From Octopus sinensis (Eukaryota): 64,000 nucleotides of DNA. The stretch is from NCBI RefSeq assembly GCF_006345805.1, contig NC_043003.1, forward strand, positions 114,948,001 to 115,012,000, written 5' to 3'. The notes beneath the pieces were generated by a model. It saw only the letters and a list, made by a program, of their open reading frames with translations, had not been told where the DNA came from and did no database searches. The position numbers were made by a program, and so were the translations under genes. Shown here piece by piece: positions 27,165-40,373 of this stretch; positions within the stretch are counted from its first letter, which is position 1, and each line of letters starts with the position of its first letter.

Positions 27165-27350
27165 TAAAGATTGTAAGACGCAAAGAAAATTTTAGGAAAA
27201 TAAAAATAAGAAATAAGTGGAAATTTTACCGGTGAGTGTGTTACATTATAACGAATAAAAAGAAAATTACACTCCGCAGTCTCAACAGAATATGCTTCAA
27301 CACACGAACTCATATAAAGAATCTTGCAAACCAAATTCAAAAACCAAATA
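27165..27350 (+). repeat. Repeat family D copy
   Basis: Homology to 21985-22170. Confidence 0.8.
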
Positions 27351-28099
27351 AATAATAAATATATTTTGTTTCATATCAATTAAGGGGCTGCGTTTAAGTT
27401 GAGGGAACCGAGGATCCTTAACGTTAGCAATAGACAGAGAGGGATAGTAGATGCAGTAAAGTAGTTCTATTAAATTGATTAAAACATACGCTCAACCGAG
27501 GTCAAGTTTGCATTTCATTCCTTTCGGGATCTACGATATATATACTAGTTGAACATTGGGGGCGATCAAATCGATAGGCCACCTCCCCTAAAATTTGGCG
27601 TCATCTGCCTTTAATAGAAAGTATTAATTATTCATGATTCTGTACGATATAAATTTTCTTCTATTTCGGTAGATTTTTCGAGTCATTATTTTTTATCATG
27701 GGATTCTGCATCCAAATCTTACCTTAGATTTAAATAGGGACCCTATCTCCTTATTTCCACATAAATATAATCTTTCTGTATCAGATTTTTAATGCCACTG
27801 TTTTCTAATGCCACTATTATTTAGTTGTTTAAATGTCTGGAGTTTGTTATTCGTTCACCGTCTAGTTGAACATATTGTATCAATGTCTTTTACCCGAGAC
27901 AACTATGTTAGTGACGCCAATTTTATTTTCATATTTTCACTTTGCATTGTTTTGAAGACTAATTTAACGCGTCCGTAATATTCCACACTCTTGATAATTG
28001 GTTCGTAAGTTTTACGTATTTCTGTGTCTTGTGTAAGTCTCATACCATAGATGATTTTTATCCGGTGTATTAATCTACTTAATTCTTCTCTCATAATGA

Positions 28100-28312
28100 G
28101 ACACTCTCTAAAACATTACTCTGCGCAAAACCAAAAAATATGTCAGCCTAGTCATAATAGCGACTTGAAATTCTAACTTGTCTCTTGAGGTCTCTGGGTG
28201 AGACTTGGAGCCAACTTGTACAACAGCCAAACATTTAACAACGACAGGAACTAGAAAAACAATAGAAACAACATCAATAATAATGAAATAAGTATCATCA
28301 TCATCATCATCG

Positions 28313-28403
<91 letters not shown>

Positions 28404-28470
28404 CATCATTATTATTATTATTATGATTATGATTATTATATTTTTTATTATTATTATTATTATTATTACA
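28100..28470 (+). repeat. Probable R4/Dong-type LINE 3' UTR fragment followed by (CAT)n(ATT)n
   Basis: TCTCTTGAGGTCTCTGGGTGAGACTTGGAGCCAACTTGTACAA motif, recognised from memory only, abutting trinucleotide tracts. Confidence 0.45.
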
Positions 28471-28599
28471 TTTATTCTGCATGTTTGTTACAGTCACTTG
28501 CAAAAAGACACCCAGCTTGTTGGGGTGATTGAAGGATAAGTGATGTTATAGCATGACTGAAAGCTTGGGAAGAGAGGTAGTGGATTATCTTCCTGTAAT

Positions 28600-28800
28600 A
28601 CAACACGGACATTAGGGTTTTTCTAATGATGTGGGCAGTACTTCTTAGTCCAGTCATTTGGATTTCTCTGAGACGTGGTTCTGCTTTCTCCCTTCTTTTC
28701 ATATTAAGTACTGAGCATTTGGTAATCCTAAATTTCATACCGATATCCCTACTACACTTTTGGACTGTTTTGGTTATAGCATCTCTCTGTTTTTCAGATT
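28600..28800 (-). mobile_element. R4/Dong-type (RLE) LINE remnant with internal deletion
   Basis: DIGMKFRITKCSVLNMKR (end of RT) fused directly to LREIQMTGLRSTAHIIRKTL (RLE C-terminal motif). Confidence 0.65.
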
Positions 28801-28944
28801 TCCCACATTGGTAACCCATCGAAACCTTCCAAAGTGTGATTGTTACGGGTATTAGTGCATTTACAAAAAGTAAATGCACGAGTCATCTTTAAAAATTCCT
28901 CTTTTAATATTAACTTCTCCAAGGATTACATTACTGGTGTAGAA

Positions 28945-29180
28945 TTTAGTACACTTACACTCACCGGTAAAATTTCCACGTTTTTTCTTATTTTCATTGT
29001 CTTAAAATTAAAATTTTCGTTGCGTCTTGCAAACTTTTCAATAGTTTTTCATTATTGAAAAGGTTGCAAGACACAACAAAACTTTTAGGACAATAAAAAT
29101 AAGAAAAACGTGGAAATTTTACCGCTGAGTGTGTTACATAATAAGGCGCAAAAAGAAAATGACTCTCCCCAGACACAATA
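28945..29180. repeat. Two family D copies in inverted orientation (palindrome)
   Basis: About 28950-29040 is the reverse complement of about 29053-29135. Confidence 0.8.
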
Positions 29181-29181
29181 G

Positions 29182-29216
<35 letters not shown>

Positions 29217-29227
29217 ATATATATATA

Positions 29228-29271
<44 letters not shown>

Positions 29272-29272
29272 C

Positions 29273-29362
<90 letters not shown>

Positions 29363-29363
29363 C

Positions 29364-29417
<54 letters not shown>

Positions 29418-29697
29418 TAGGGACTAAATCCAAACTTACAGGGAAAAACTAGATTTAGGATTAAATCTAATTTCACAGTATAAATATAAATTAAATTAGA
29501 GATAAAACCACTATTAGGAAAATCAAACAGTGAAAAACAGAAACCAAAACATAAAAATAAAAATAATTAATATAATATACAAAAGATATAAAATATAAAA
29601 TTTAAAAATTTAAATTATTTAAATTTAAAATTAAAATTATTAATTTATATTTTTGAATTTATATATATATATATATATATAATATATATATATATAT

Positions 29698-29766
<69 letters not shown>

Positions 29767-31605
29767 CATTATATATATACATATATATATATAATATATA
29801 TATACATACATATATATACATATATATATATATAGGCATATACATATATGTATATATATACACACTCATATAAATACACATATATACATATTCATACATA
29901 CATGCATATATATATATATATAAATATATATAATTAAACACACATAAATATAAATGTGCTTATACATAGATATGTGTGTGTGCGCGTGTGCAATACATAC
30001 ATATCTCACCATATGTCGTCACATCTATTCTCCTCCAATAAATGAAAGAGCCTATTGTTAAAACGAATGTCGTAATCACACAACCATCTTTTCATGAAGT
30101 AATAAAATAAAATTATGCATTACAATGTCTGCGACTTATGCATCAGACTATTCTCTGACATCTTTTAATATCAGATAGTTTTTAAAATATTTTTTCATCT
30201 ATAAAATCTATTTCCTCTCTTTATGTATTACAAATAAATAAATAAAAAATAACGTGTATAGTCATGTTAATATTTTGTCACAAATTTTGAGATTTCATGT
30301 CTAGCTACCGATTTAAAAATAGATTTCAAAAAAATCTATTCATTTTGAAATGGAATAGTTCCAACAATTGCATATAGAACTACAGAAGTCATATGACTAC
30401 ATAATGTTGTTTTGTTTTCTTTTTGTATTCAGTAAAGAAAAAGTATTGCTATTAAAATTGAAGAAAATTTAGTTATCGACAGAAATTTCGTCTTAAATAT
30501 CTGTACTAAAGAAAACTAAGCGTTTTATAGAAATGTATATCAAATACTATTTACAAATATACACATTCTGTAACACTACCCAGGCAAATACTATAAAAAG
30601 AACGATGTTATAAACAAATTTATTCGGCAAAATATTTTCTAAGCTTGAAAATTAGAAATACATTGAAATTAAAAACAATCATCAGGACTAACCCTTGCTA
30701 TCCTTGGTGGCGACAATATGCAACATTTGTATTAAACTTGATAGCTTTGAAATTGTTGCTGTTTAATCTAGGTTTTGTAATGAAGTCGATGCAGCATAAG
30801 AAAAGTTCAAGTTGTTAAAATCCATTTCTGTTACAGATATTTTATATCCCGTTCTAATTTGTGCAATTTAGATAATTTCGAATTTGCCTGGAAAAATGAA
30901 TACTCTAGAAGTCTTAAATTCTATGTTCTTCCCGTGGCAATTGTCTGTTTCTCACTCTCTGTTTCTGTCTGCCTGACTTTCTCTTTCTCTCTCACACTGT
31001 CTCTTTCTCTCTTTCTCCCTCACTCTCCATACACTCACGTGTATGTGTGTATTGACCACGCATCAATTGTCTCTCTCCTGGTTCGCCCAACCCTTTCCTA
31101 CCATCCACTCACATTAACCTTCAAAAGCGCTAAATTGCATGCCTTTTGCATATCTTAATCTCACTCACCAACCTTACACTTATTCCTCAAACCGCCCGTC
31201 TCTGCCTTCAAACGCTTCTACAACTAGTGCAAATTAGTGGGGCTAAGCATCTTCCTCACTTTCCAGCACTCACTGTGGTTCCTTCTCCTTGCTCTCGCCG
31301 TCGCTTCTGTACCTGTCCCCACAACACTTTGTTTTTCTGCAAGATTTCACCCACTTTTTTCCACTTAACATTAACGCTTACACAATGTCCTACTGTTCAC
31401 TTTTCCACAGTCCATGTAATTTACATACCGACATTGCATCTACTGAAAAAATATTCAGCACCGTATTCACCAACAAGTTTAATAGTACACACATCCATTT
31501 GTTGCAACACATACAGGTACACACACATCTATAATTTAGGTCACACAAACAAGCACCCACACTTCATATATATGTATATATATATATATATATGTAAAAG
31601 TAAAA

Positions 31606-31735
31606 AAATATTCAAACTGGGACAAGAACGTGAAACATTCAGAAGACGACACAAAAAAACGGACGGGACATTCGAAGCTCTCAATCATCAGTCAAGAACC
31701 GGATCATCTTCGCAATTTCGGCTGATATATATTAT
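31606..31735. repeat. Half copy of the fold-back family seen at 52590-52810
   Basis: GGGACAAGAAC...GGACATTCG...GCAATTTCGGCTGA homology. Confidence 0.55.
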
Positions 31736-31741
31736 ATATAT

Positions 31742-31812
<71 letters not shown>

Positions 31813-31917
31813 GGCTAGTCACCTTCGATGAGTCTGAGGTGTTTTTAATGTCGGTGTTTGTGTGTGGGCATTCTCTACTACGCAAGGGACAGAGTACCGA
31901 CAAATACACCAAGCGTG

Positions 31918-32285
31918 ACACTCCCTCCGTCGAATATGACGATGATGGTTCCAGTTGAAATTAACGTCCAGTGAAATTAACGTTCAAGTGGCTGAGCACT
32001 CCGCAGACACGTGCACCCTTAACGTAGTTCCCGGGGTAGATTCAGCGTGACACAGTGTGTCACAAGGCTGGCACTTTGAAATACAGGTACAACAGAAACA
32101 AGAAGAAAGTGTGAGAGAAATTTGCGTTGAAAGAGTACAGCAGGGCTGCCCCCCCCTGCCGAGGCATCGTGGATCTTTAGGTACTTTCGCTCAATAAAAA
32201 CTCACAACACCCGATCTGGGAATCGAAACCGCGTTCGTATGACCACGAGTCCGCTACCCTATCCACTGCACCATGGCGCCTCCAC
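31918..32285 (-). mobile_element. SINE family C
   Basis: Reverse-complement homology to 7052-7440. Confidence 0.88.
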
Positions 32286-32419
32286 ACACGAAATGTATAT
32301 GTTACGTATACGTACTTGATAATGTTTATTACTCTAACTGCTGTTTATAATTCATATTTGAATTTGTTCTTACGGATGTATTGTTCGGGTTTGCATGCCA
32401 TGTGCATATAAGTCGTTCG

Positions 32420-33730
32420 CAAATAGTGAACGATGTTCATAATGGCCCTTTCAGACATGCCCTCAGCCACATAGAGAGCCATAATCATAAGTTGTGCAGA
32501 TGATACAAAAGTTTCACAGGTAATACAGAACTCTGAAGACACTATACAATTGTATTGTGTGTTGGATGAAAAATACAAGTGGGCTGAGAAAAATAATCAT
32601 GCAGTTTAATGCTGAAAAGTTTCAAGCCTTGTGCTATCAGCATGCAAAACTAAATGCAATACCCATTACATGCATTGGACCCGGAGGGACTGCAATCCCA
32701 GAGGCACAGTCAGTGCGGGACCTGAGCATTACATGAATAATTATGCTTCCTTCTATGAGCATGTTGCTGAGTTGGCAATAAAATGCAGGCGGCTGAGCTG
32801 ATGGATTTTTAGAACTTTTAGAACAAGAGATCGGGAACCACGATCCTCTGGAAAGCAGGAAAACACTTGTCCTAAGCCACTTTGACTATTGCTCTCCGCT
32901 ATGGTCACTAACAAGTGTAAAATGTATTGCAGAACTTCAGGCAATCCAGCGAAGCTACACGAAGATAGACTTTATGCAGTATATAAGCCATTGGGAAAGA
33001 CTCAAGAGATTAAGACTCGGATCTTTTCGGTTTGAACAGCAGTTTTTTCTAGCGGTGTCATATGAAATTGTCACCCATAATTATGATCCTAGTATCGATC
33101 TATTGCATTTCAATTTTTTTAGGGTTAGGGTTAGTTAAGGTTAGGATTAGGGTTAGGGTTAGGTATGGCGGAAAGGGTATCTTTTTTCTTCACAAATGTA
33201 AATAAACCCAATCTGTTTCTTAAACGAGGGACATATTCATACGGCACAGAATTTTTTTTACCTCAATAGACGTCACTGATTGGTTGAAATTGCAGAAATT
33301 GAAGAAAAACAACAAAAAATATCTTACAGACTATAGAAATTTCTTAATAAAGCCAAGTGAAAAAGATGTTTTATAAACACATTCTACCAGTATACGAAGT
33401 TTAAAATTTTTTAGTTACCTAGAAATTATGTTAAAAACTGCCGTTCAAACCGAAAGGACCCTAAGACTATGTTCCTTAGAGCGTAGGCGAGAAAGATATG
33501 CCATAATATATATCTGGAATATCCTGGAGGGACTTGTTCCAAACTTTGGCATCGAGAGTTATACTAATACTAGAACAGGGTATCACTGCATACTGACAAG
33601 GACTCCAAATTTTTCATCGAGATATTGGACAAGATATTGCATCAGCTTCGGCTTTAGGGGACCACAGCTCTTCAATATCCTCCCGCAGCACCTGAGAGAC
33701 CTGCATGGGTGGATATAGGAGTCTTCATGA
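32420..33730 (+). mobile_element. 5'-truncated CR1/L2-group LINE (RT C-terminal half), split by a MITE
   Basis: CADDTKV, QFNAEKFQAL, SLERRRERYAIIYIWNILEGLVPNFGI, GFRGPQLFNILP; homologous to 43100-44000 on the minus strand. Confidence 0.85.
33019..33461. mobile_element. Merlin-like MITE, copy 2
   Basis: Same TIRs; 8-bp TSD TAAGACTC/TAAGACTA; interrupts the LINE reading frame. Confidence 0.88.
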
Positions 33731-33798
33731 TAGATCGGTAGCCACTACACAAATCTTTTTCTCTGTCTTTTTTTCTCTCCTTGTTTCTTTCTGTGTTC

Positions 33799-33834
33799 CT
33801 TTCTGTTGAAGAGCGTAGGCTCGAAACGTTAAAG
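33799..33834 (+). ncRNA. Minimal type I hammerhead motif, A6U variant
   Basis: CTTT CTGTTGA A GAG-CGTAGG-CTC GAAAC GT T AAAG; stem I CTTT/AAAG; stem III is the palindrome ACGT with no loop. Confidence 0.5.
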
Positions 33835-34798
33835 ACTTTTTCAATTCCCGAGCGTTATACTAATTATCTGTTTGTTCTCTACACCACTTGTCTTCGTCTT
33901 TTGTTTTTTTCGGGAATTCTCCCCCTATACATGCTTATATATATATATATATTCATACATGTCCAGATAAATATACATATATGCATACACACACATACGC
34001 ACGCACACACACCTATTCACATGCATATATGTATGTATTATATATATGCATATATCATAATGTAAATATTGATTTAAATCTTTGGCACAAACACAGCAAT
34101 TTCAGTGGAAGGTTTAAGTCGATCATATTGAACCTAAGAATCAACTGGTACTTCTTTTCTTGACTGCGAAAGAATGAACGGTATTTGAGCTCAAATCTTT
34201 AAGACGGACGAAATGATGCTAAACATTTGCCTCATGTCTTAACGCTTCTGCCCACACGTCGCCTTAGATGGTAAATATTATCAGTTGAGCTCCATCCAAA
34301 TGTTTCTTAAATCTTCGATTTGCGCATGTTTTCATCAACGCTTCTGTGTATGTGTTAGATCCATGAGTCATGGTGAAATGGGAAGAGAAGATTATCTCTG
34401 CCAATCTCTCTCTTTTTTTTGTTGGTTTTTTTTTGAACTTCCTAAATTCACAGTAGATAACACAGATGATTTAGTAAATATTTATTTATTTATTTCTGTT
34501 TGCTTAAGTCTTTATTTTTTGATTTCTTCATTTAACAAGCTGACTCTGTGGCCTTGCCATGTTTGTTTGTTTGTTCAGTGAACATAACTTGCTATAAACT
34601 GTGGACTGTTTACTCTCAGACACCCATCTCCTACGCAAATAAATATAAGCCGACCAACACACGACAGACCGAGAGAAAATTACACACACATACTCACAGG
34701 AACAACTATACACACAACAACGTATGCATAAGTATGAGTGCATCTCTGCTTCAATATATATTTGTGTATGGGAGTGAATAAGCATCTGCAATATATAA

Positions 34799-34869
<71 letters not shown>

Positions 34870-34877
34870 CTTTATAT

Positions 34878-34911
<34 letters not shown>

Positions 34912-35082
34912 CGTATATATGTATATATATATACATATACATAAATACATATGTACATAAATATATACGTATTATATATATATATATATATACGAATGCA
35001 TATTATATATATATATATACCTATGTAAATATATACAAATATATTTATATACCCACAGATAGATATATAAATATATACAACT

Positions 35083-35128
<46 letters not shown>

Positions 35129-35602
35129 TGCTGCGTGTGTACGTGTTGTCCGACTGTACAAACACAAATTCACACACATATATCAACGTCTGTATTTGTA
35201 TATTTCCTTGTTTTTCTAATAATCTACAAAATCCATCGAGAGGTTTCTTGTCCTATTCCCTTCCTCCCATTTCCCCACCTTCGTTTCCCGCCCTTGTCTC
35301 ACCCCACGTCTCTCTCTCCCTCCCTTCCCCCCTCTCTCTGTCTCTTAAACACACATTTTCTCTGTCTCTGTCTCTCTCCCTTTTCCCCCCAATTTCCTCT
35401 GTTTCTATGACACTGACACTTTCTAAACTCTCTCCTTCCCCCATCAAAACCTACAACTGCATGGAGAAGGGATTAAGGGAGATTATTCACCCAGCTGCAC
35501 TGAAATTTCAGACTAATTGGCGTAGATCAGTTCTTCTTTCGCTTGATTTAGAAGAGGAGAAGAGTAAAAAAATGTAAAAAAAGAAAAAATCAACAGCAAT
35601 TT

Positions 35603-35604
<2 letters not shown>

Positions 35605-35661
<57 letters not shown>

Positions 35662-35828
35662 TTTCTCAATAATTATAACTTTTAATGCTATTTCCTTTAT
35701 AATGATTATAATTTCAAATAGCTACCGTTTTAATAATAATAAAATTAATAAGTGAAATATTATTAATAATAATGATGATAATAATTCACATAACTCTTCT
35801 TCTTCTTCTTCTTCTTCTTCTTCTTCTA

Positions 35829-35905
<77 letters not shown>

Positions 35906-35950
35906 AATATTATTATTATTATTATTATTGTTATTATTATTATCATACTT
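35605..35950. repeat. (CTA)n, (CTT)n and (ATT)n microsatellites
   Basis: Direct reading. Confidence 0.95.
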
Positions 35951-36246
35951 GCTATTATAATCATCTCACAATTTTGTTTCTATTTCTTGCCGATATCTTC
36001 CCTACACATTGGTAGACCATTAAAATAAACAGACCAAATTGTTCATTTACAAAGTCATGTAACAGAAAAAAGGAAAGAAAGGCAGATAAAAGAAGCAAAA
36101 ACAAGATAAGAAAACAAAGAAAATAAGGAGGGAAAGAAGATTCACAGCTACAATGCTTTTTTTAATACTTGTGACCTACGAGTAAATACAATATTCTTCA
36201 CTTTTTTCATTGATGGTAATCCAAGAATTATCCTCAGAAAATTTTC

Positions 36247-36700
36247 ATTATTATCGCCTTTGCACACCTTCTAAGGCTGGCGATGTACTACAATGTCAGC
36301 TGTTCACTACCAGTAAACTAAGGTAATACCCCTTACTTTTCGAGCACCTTCCGGAGTATTCGAGCAGTCCCAAGCTGTGCTGTTTTCTGCAAGTGCTCCA
36401 CCCTTATTGCAGTCCCTATTTATGCTATATCTATGATCCAGCATCGTTTGTTTTCTTTCTCAATTAAGACTATGTCCATCTTCCTATCCTCTATCGCAAA
36501 AATCGTTCCTAGCTGGAGGCTAGGAACGATTCCATAACTAACCTAAATAGTAAGGATCTGGTCTTCATACCTATTTACCTCGTCCGATCTGTGGTAAAAC
36601 TAAAACTATATATGAGCTACCAAAATGGTATATCTACTGTAGAGGTGTGGCTGTTTCGTTCAATATTGAAGCGGAATGCAAAACCTTTGACAGGCATAGG
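36247..36700 (-). mobile_element. 3' end of an R4/Dong/NeSL-type RLE LINE
   Basis: Minus strand encodes VEHLQKTAQLGTARILRKVLEK*, then a short 3' UTR ending in an ATAATAAT tail. Confidence 0.7.
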
Positions 36701-37387
36701 AGCTACTGATGCAGTTCGCACAGGAAACTATTGGCGTTATCGCAAATCTAATCATTCTCCCAGGTGACTCAACGAAGAATTTTCTGTCCACAGCAAAATG
36801 TACTAGAAGTCAGAACTCGACTGTTGCCAACGCAACAACAAGACAATCCAGTGTTCGACCTATGTACAGGAGGCACAAAAGCCACAACAAGAGCAATAAA
36901 AAAACAACAACAACAGAAGAAGCAGCATCCATAATAGCGTGCAAAACAACACAGTAGGATCACGAAGAGGTAGATAAGTATTTTTCGGAGCCGAGGTGAA
37001 ACCAAAATGAATTGGTAACAGGAACCGCAGTAGCAGAAGCAGCAACTACAGAAGTAAAAAACGTTAAGAACTATAAAAATAGATAAACACATGATACCTC
37101 TGTGTGATGCCCTGAATATATGAATGCATCCATATTTTCGTTTGTCTCCCTATGAAAATTGTCGACAATAAGCAGGGAGTAGTTAAGAAATTGTTCAACA
37201 AGCTACAATTAGCGTTGGAATATCTGTAAACGGACGTAGTTAGTAAAAGACGATTGCAAATTTGATCTTGTGCCTCCTGTACATAGGTCGAACACTGGTT
37301 TGTCATAAATGATAAGCTTCAAAAGGAGTTGGTTCAAACAAACCAGACATCGAGTGAAACAGCAGCAGCGATAATTATAAGCATACG

Positions 37388-37932
37388 AAGGCGACGAGCT
37401 GGCAGAACCGTTAGCACGCCGGGCGAAATGCGTAGCTGTATTTCGTCTACCGTCACGTTCTGAGTTCAAATTCCGCCGAGGTCGACTTTGCCATTCATCC
37501 TTTCGGGGTCGAGAAATTAAGTACCAGATACGCACAGGGATCGATATAATCGACTTAATCCATTTGTCTATCCTTGTTTGTCCTCTTTGTGCTTAGCCCC
37601 TTGTGGGTAGTAAAAGAAATAGAAATAGGTATTTCGTCTGCAGTTACGTTCTGAGTTCAAATTCCGCCGAGGTCGACTTTGCCTTTCATCCTTTCGGGGT
37701 CGATTAAATAAGAACCAGTTACGCACTGGAGTCAATATAATCGACTTATTCCGTTTGTCTGACTTTGTTTGTCTTCTCTGTGTTTAGCCCCTTGTGGGTA
37801 GTAAAGAAATAGGTATTTCGTCTGCCGCTCCTTTCAGGGTCGATAAATTTAGTACCAGTTACGTCCTGGGGTCGATCTAATCGACTAGCCCTGTCCCCCA
37901 AACTTTTAGGCCTTGTGCCTGGAGTACAAAAA
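37388..37932 (+). mobile_element. SINE family B, three tandem units
   Basis: One head plus three body units joined at AAGAAATAG/GTATTTCGTCTG; the last unit has an alternative tail. Confidence 0.9.
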
Positions 37933-39355
37933 ATTATAAGCACACGAATATTTAACTGAGTAGTTAAAGAAATTTCTTTACAAAACTAAAGTGGTTATAT
38001 TGGTAAACTAGCGTATAGAACAGCCAGATGTTTGAGTTCATTTACTTTGGCAACTTGAACAAAGCAGAATGTAGTTAACAGAACGGTCGTTGCTATCCTT
38101 TGTAATTCCATGCTTTATAATTCCACAACAAAATAAATGACTGAGTACTTTCTGTGTTCGATAACATAGAATATTTCAAAGAAGCAGAGACGGAGAAGGA
38201 GAGAGTAAATTTAAAATTAGGTTTACGAGGCCTGACCCCCAACAAGCACATTCTAATTCGTTTATTTACATCTTTTTAACAGCACGCAATATGTTAGTAG
38301 ATTACAAACAGACAATAACGTTAGTCTTGTTTGTATGCGCCCGATGCCAAAAAATACAGGGCATTTTCCCCTTAAATCTCTCTAGCAAATAATCCTATAT
38401 GATACCAGCAATTCGTGATATCGTAAAGAAAAAAAAATACAGCAATTAAGAAGCAGATTCAATAACTGTTCAAAGTTTATGAAATATGCAAAAACATTCA
38501 TTCAAATTCTGACAGGTCTGTTGGAATTTAACTGGGCCGTAAAAACCTTTGCTGTTTAAATATGGCAGAAATATAGTTTCAATGAATTTGAACTCAAAAC
38601 ATGAGCAACTCAAGAAGAGGTTCCGCTATATTAAGGAATCAGTCATCTACGATTGGCCAAGATTCCAAGTTATATGATAACTTCGATATCAACTGTTAGA
38701 GCCATTCTACGAATGTAATAATTCAGAGAGTGTTAATGTGACAGTTTATAAAAATTAGCGCTAATTAGAATAAATTACTGGTTCAAGAATAGGTTCGTTG
38801 ACCATTGACCGTTATCGAAATTATTAGGAATTTAATTCAATTTACCGAAGAATTATGATTTCCCTTGATTATGAAGAATTATTTTCATCGGAGATTGAAA
38901 ACAAGGGAACGCTGGAAATTGACCAATTAATCATATATAAGCAATCGAAAACAAATTTGTCAATGATTTATTTTCTTATTGATTTCTTCTTCGTGTCAAG
39001 TTCACACATCTAGCGGGAAATATTGCAGTTTATTAAATCGACAGCAACAAATGTTTGTTACTTATTGCCTTGACCAATTCCGTTGCAGATAAAATCAATG
39101 TCCACTCTTGTATGGGATTTAAAACCGAGGGATTAAATTAAATGCATTAAAAGGATTTAGTGGTATTCTTTGCCAAATCTGCAAATACGTTGTTCTTTTA
39201 TAATTTAGACTTACATCTCTGCTGAACGACACACAACCGGAGAATGGATAATAATCGTTGTCAATGTTCACAATACTCGAGGGTTGCCCAGTATAAACGT
39301 TCCAAAACCGAAAAACATATTTGAACTCAAGAGATATTAAACTTCAAGAATTATT

Positions 39356-39777
39356 GGATCTTTTCGGTTTGAACGGCATTTTTTCTAGCGGTGCCAAATG
39401 AAATTGTCACCCATAATTATTACCCTAGAATCGATCTATTGCATTTCAATCTCTTTTAGGGTTAGGGTTAGGGTTAGGGGTGGGGAAAGGGTATCTTTTT
39501 TCTTCAGAAATTTAAATAAACCCAATCTGTTTCTTAAACCAGGGACATATTCATACGGCACAGAATGGTTTTTCACTCAGTTGACATCACTGATTGGTTG
39601 AAATTGCAGAAATTGAAGAGAAAAAAACAACAAATATCTCACAAACTATAGAATTTTCTCAATAAAGCCAAGAGAAAAAGATGTTTTATAAACACATTCT
39701 ACCAGTATACGAAGTTTTAAATTTTTTTAGTTATCTAGAAATTATGTTAAAAACTGCCGTTCAAACCGAAAAGATCC
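39356..39777. mobile_element. Merlin-like MITE, copy 3
   Basis: Same TIRs; perfect 8-bp TSD GAATTATT; (TTAGGG)4 at 39456-39479. Confidence 0.9.
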
Positions 39778-40106
39778 GAATTATTCAGATATGTATTGAA
39801 AAGGGTTTCATTTCGAAATAACAGACTATAAAATTGTCAAGACGCTCCATAAATTGTTATATTCATATATTTCTAAAGATTGAACTGAAATAGATCTGCA
39901 GAACAAAAATTTGGCGTCCTGAGTTGAAAGAGAGGCAGGTCTAAATGAACTTACATCAGTGTGGTGTTAATAAAAATACCACTTAGAATATTGTACCCAC
40001 TCCTGCTCGGTCAACAAATATGTTGCTTTAGTTTTAACTATGAAATAAATGTTTATATATTTGTTGTGCAAGATTTTGTATGTGAAATCGTTTGTTGAAA
40101 CAGATA

Positions 40107-40373
40107 TTGTATTTCGGAATGGTCATTTTGCCAGTTTAGCCAATAAAAACAAACGCACTATATATTTGGTGTTACTTTGCTTCAGTATTATTCATTTTTT
40201 ACATTAATCTTAATCTTATTTCGGCCAGAGTTCTTTCGTCACACTCCTGTGACCGCACCAGTGGTCCTTTACTTTCTTCTTTCTTATTTCTGTGTCTCTC
40301 CTAACTAACCGTCAGCCATTTTGTATTTCTATTTTATTGGCTAAACTGGCAAAATGACCATTCCGAAATACAA
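40107..40373. mobile_element. MITE with perfect 42-bp TIRs
   Basis: TTGTATTTCGGAATGGTCATTTTGCCAGTTTAGCCAATAAAA at 40107-40148 and its exact reverse complement at 40332-40373. Confidence 0.8.

Noticed and set aside
29180-29420. Periodic TAA/TTA interruptions in (TA)n as a patterned code
   Set aside because: Spacing is irregular; replication slippage or consensus-sequencing error explains it.
31606-31735. Hammerhead in the 31606/52590 fold-back family (CTGATGA...GAAT)
   Set aside because: It lacks GAAA, and I could find no stem I pairing.
37388-37932. CRISPR-like repeat-spacer array
   Set aside because: These are tandem SINE units with homologous bodies and no unique spacers, in a eukaryotic context.
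39456-39485. Chromosome end or telomere fusion scar
   Set aside because: The TTAGGG runs lie inside TSD-flanked MITE copies.
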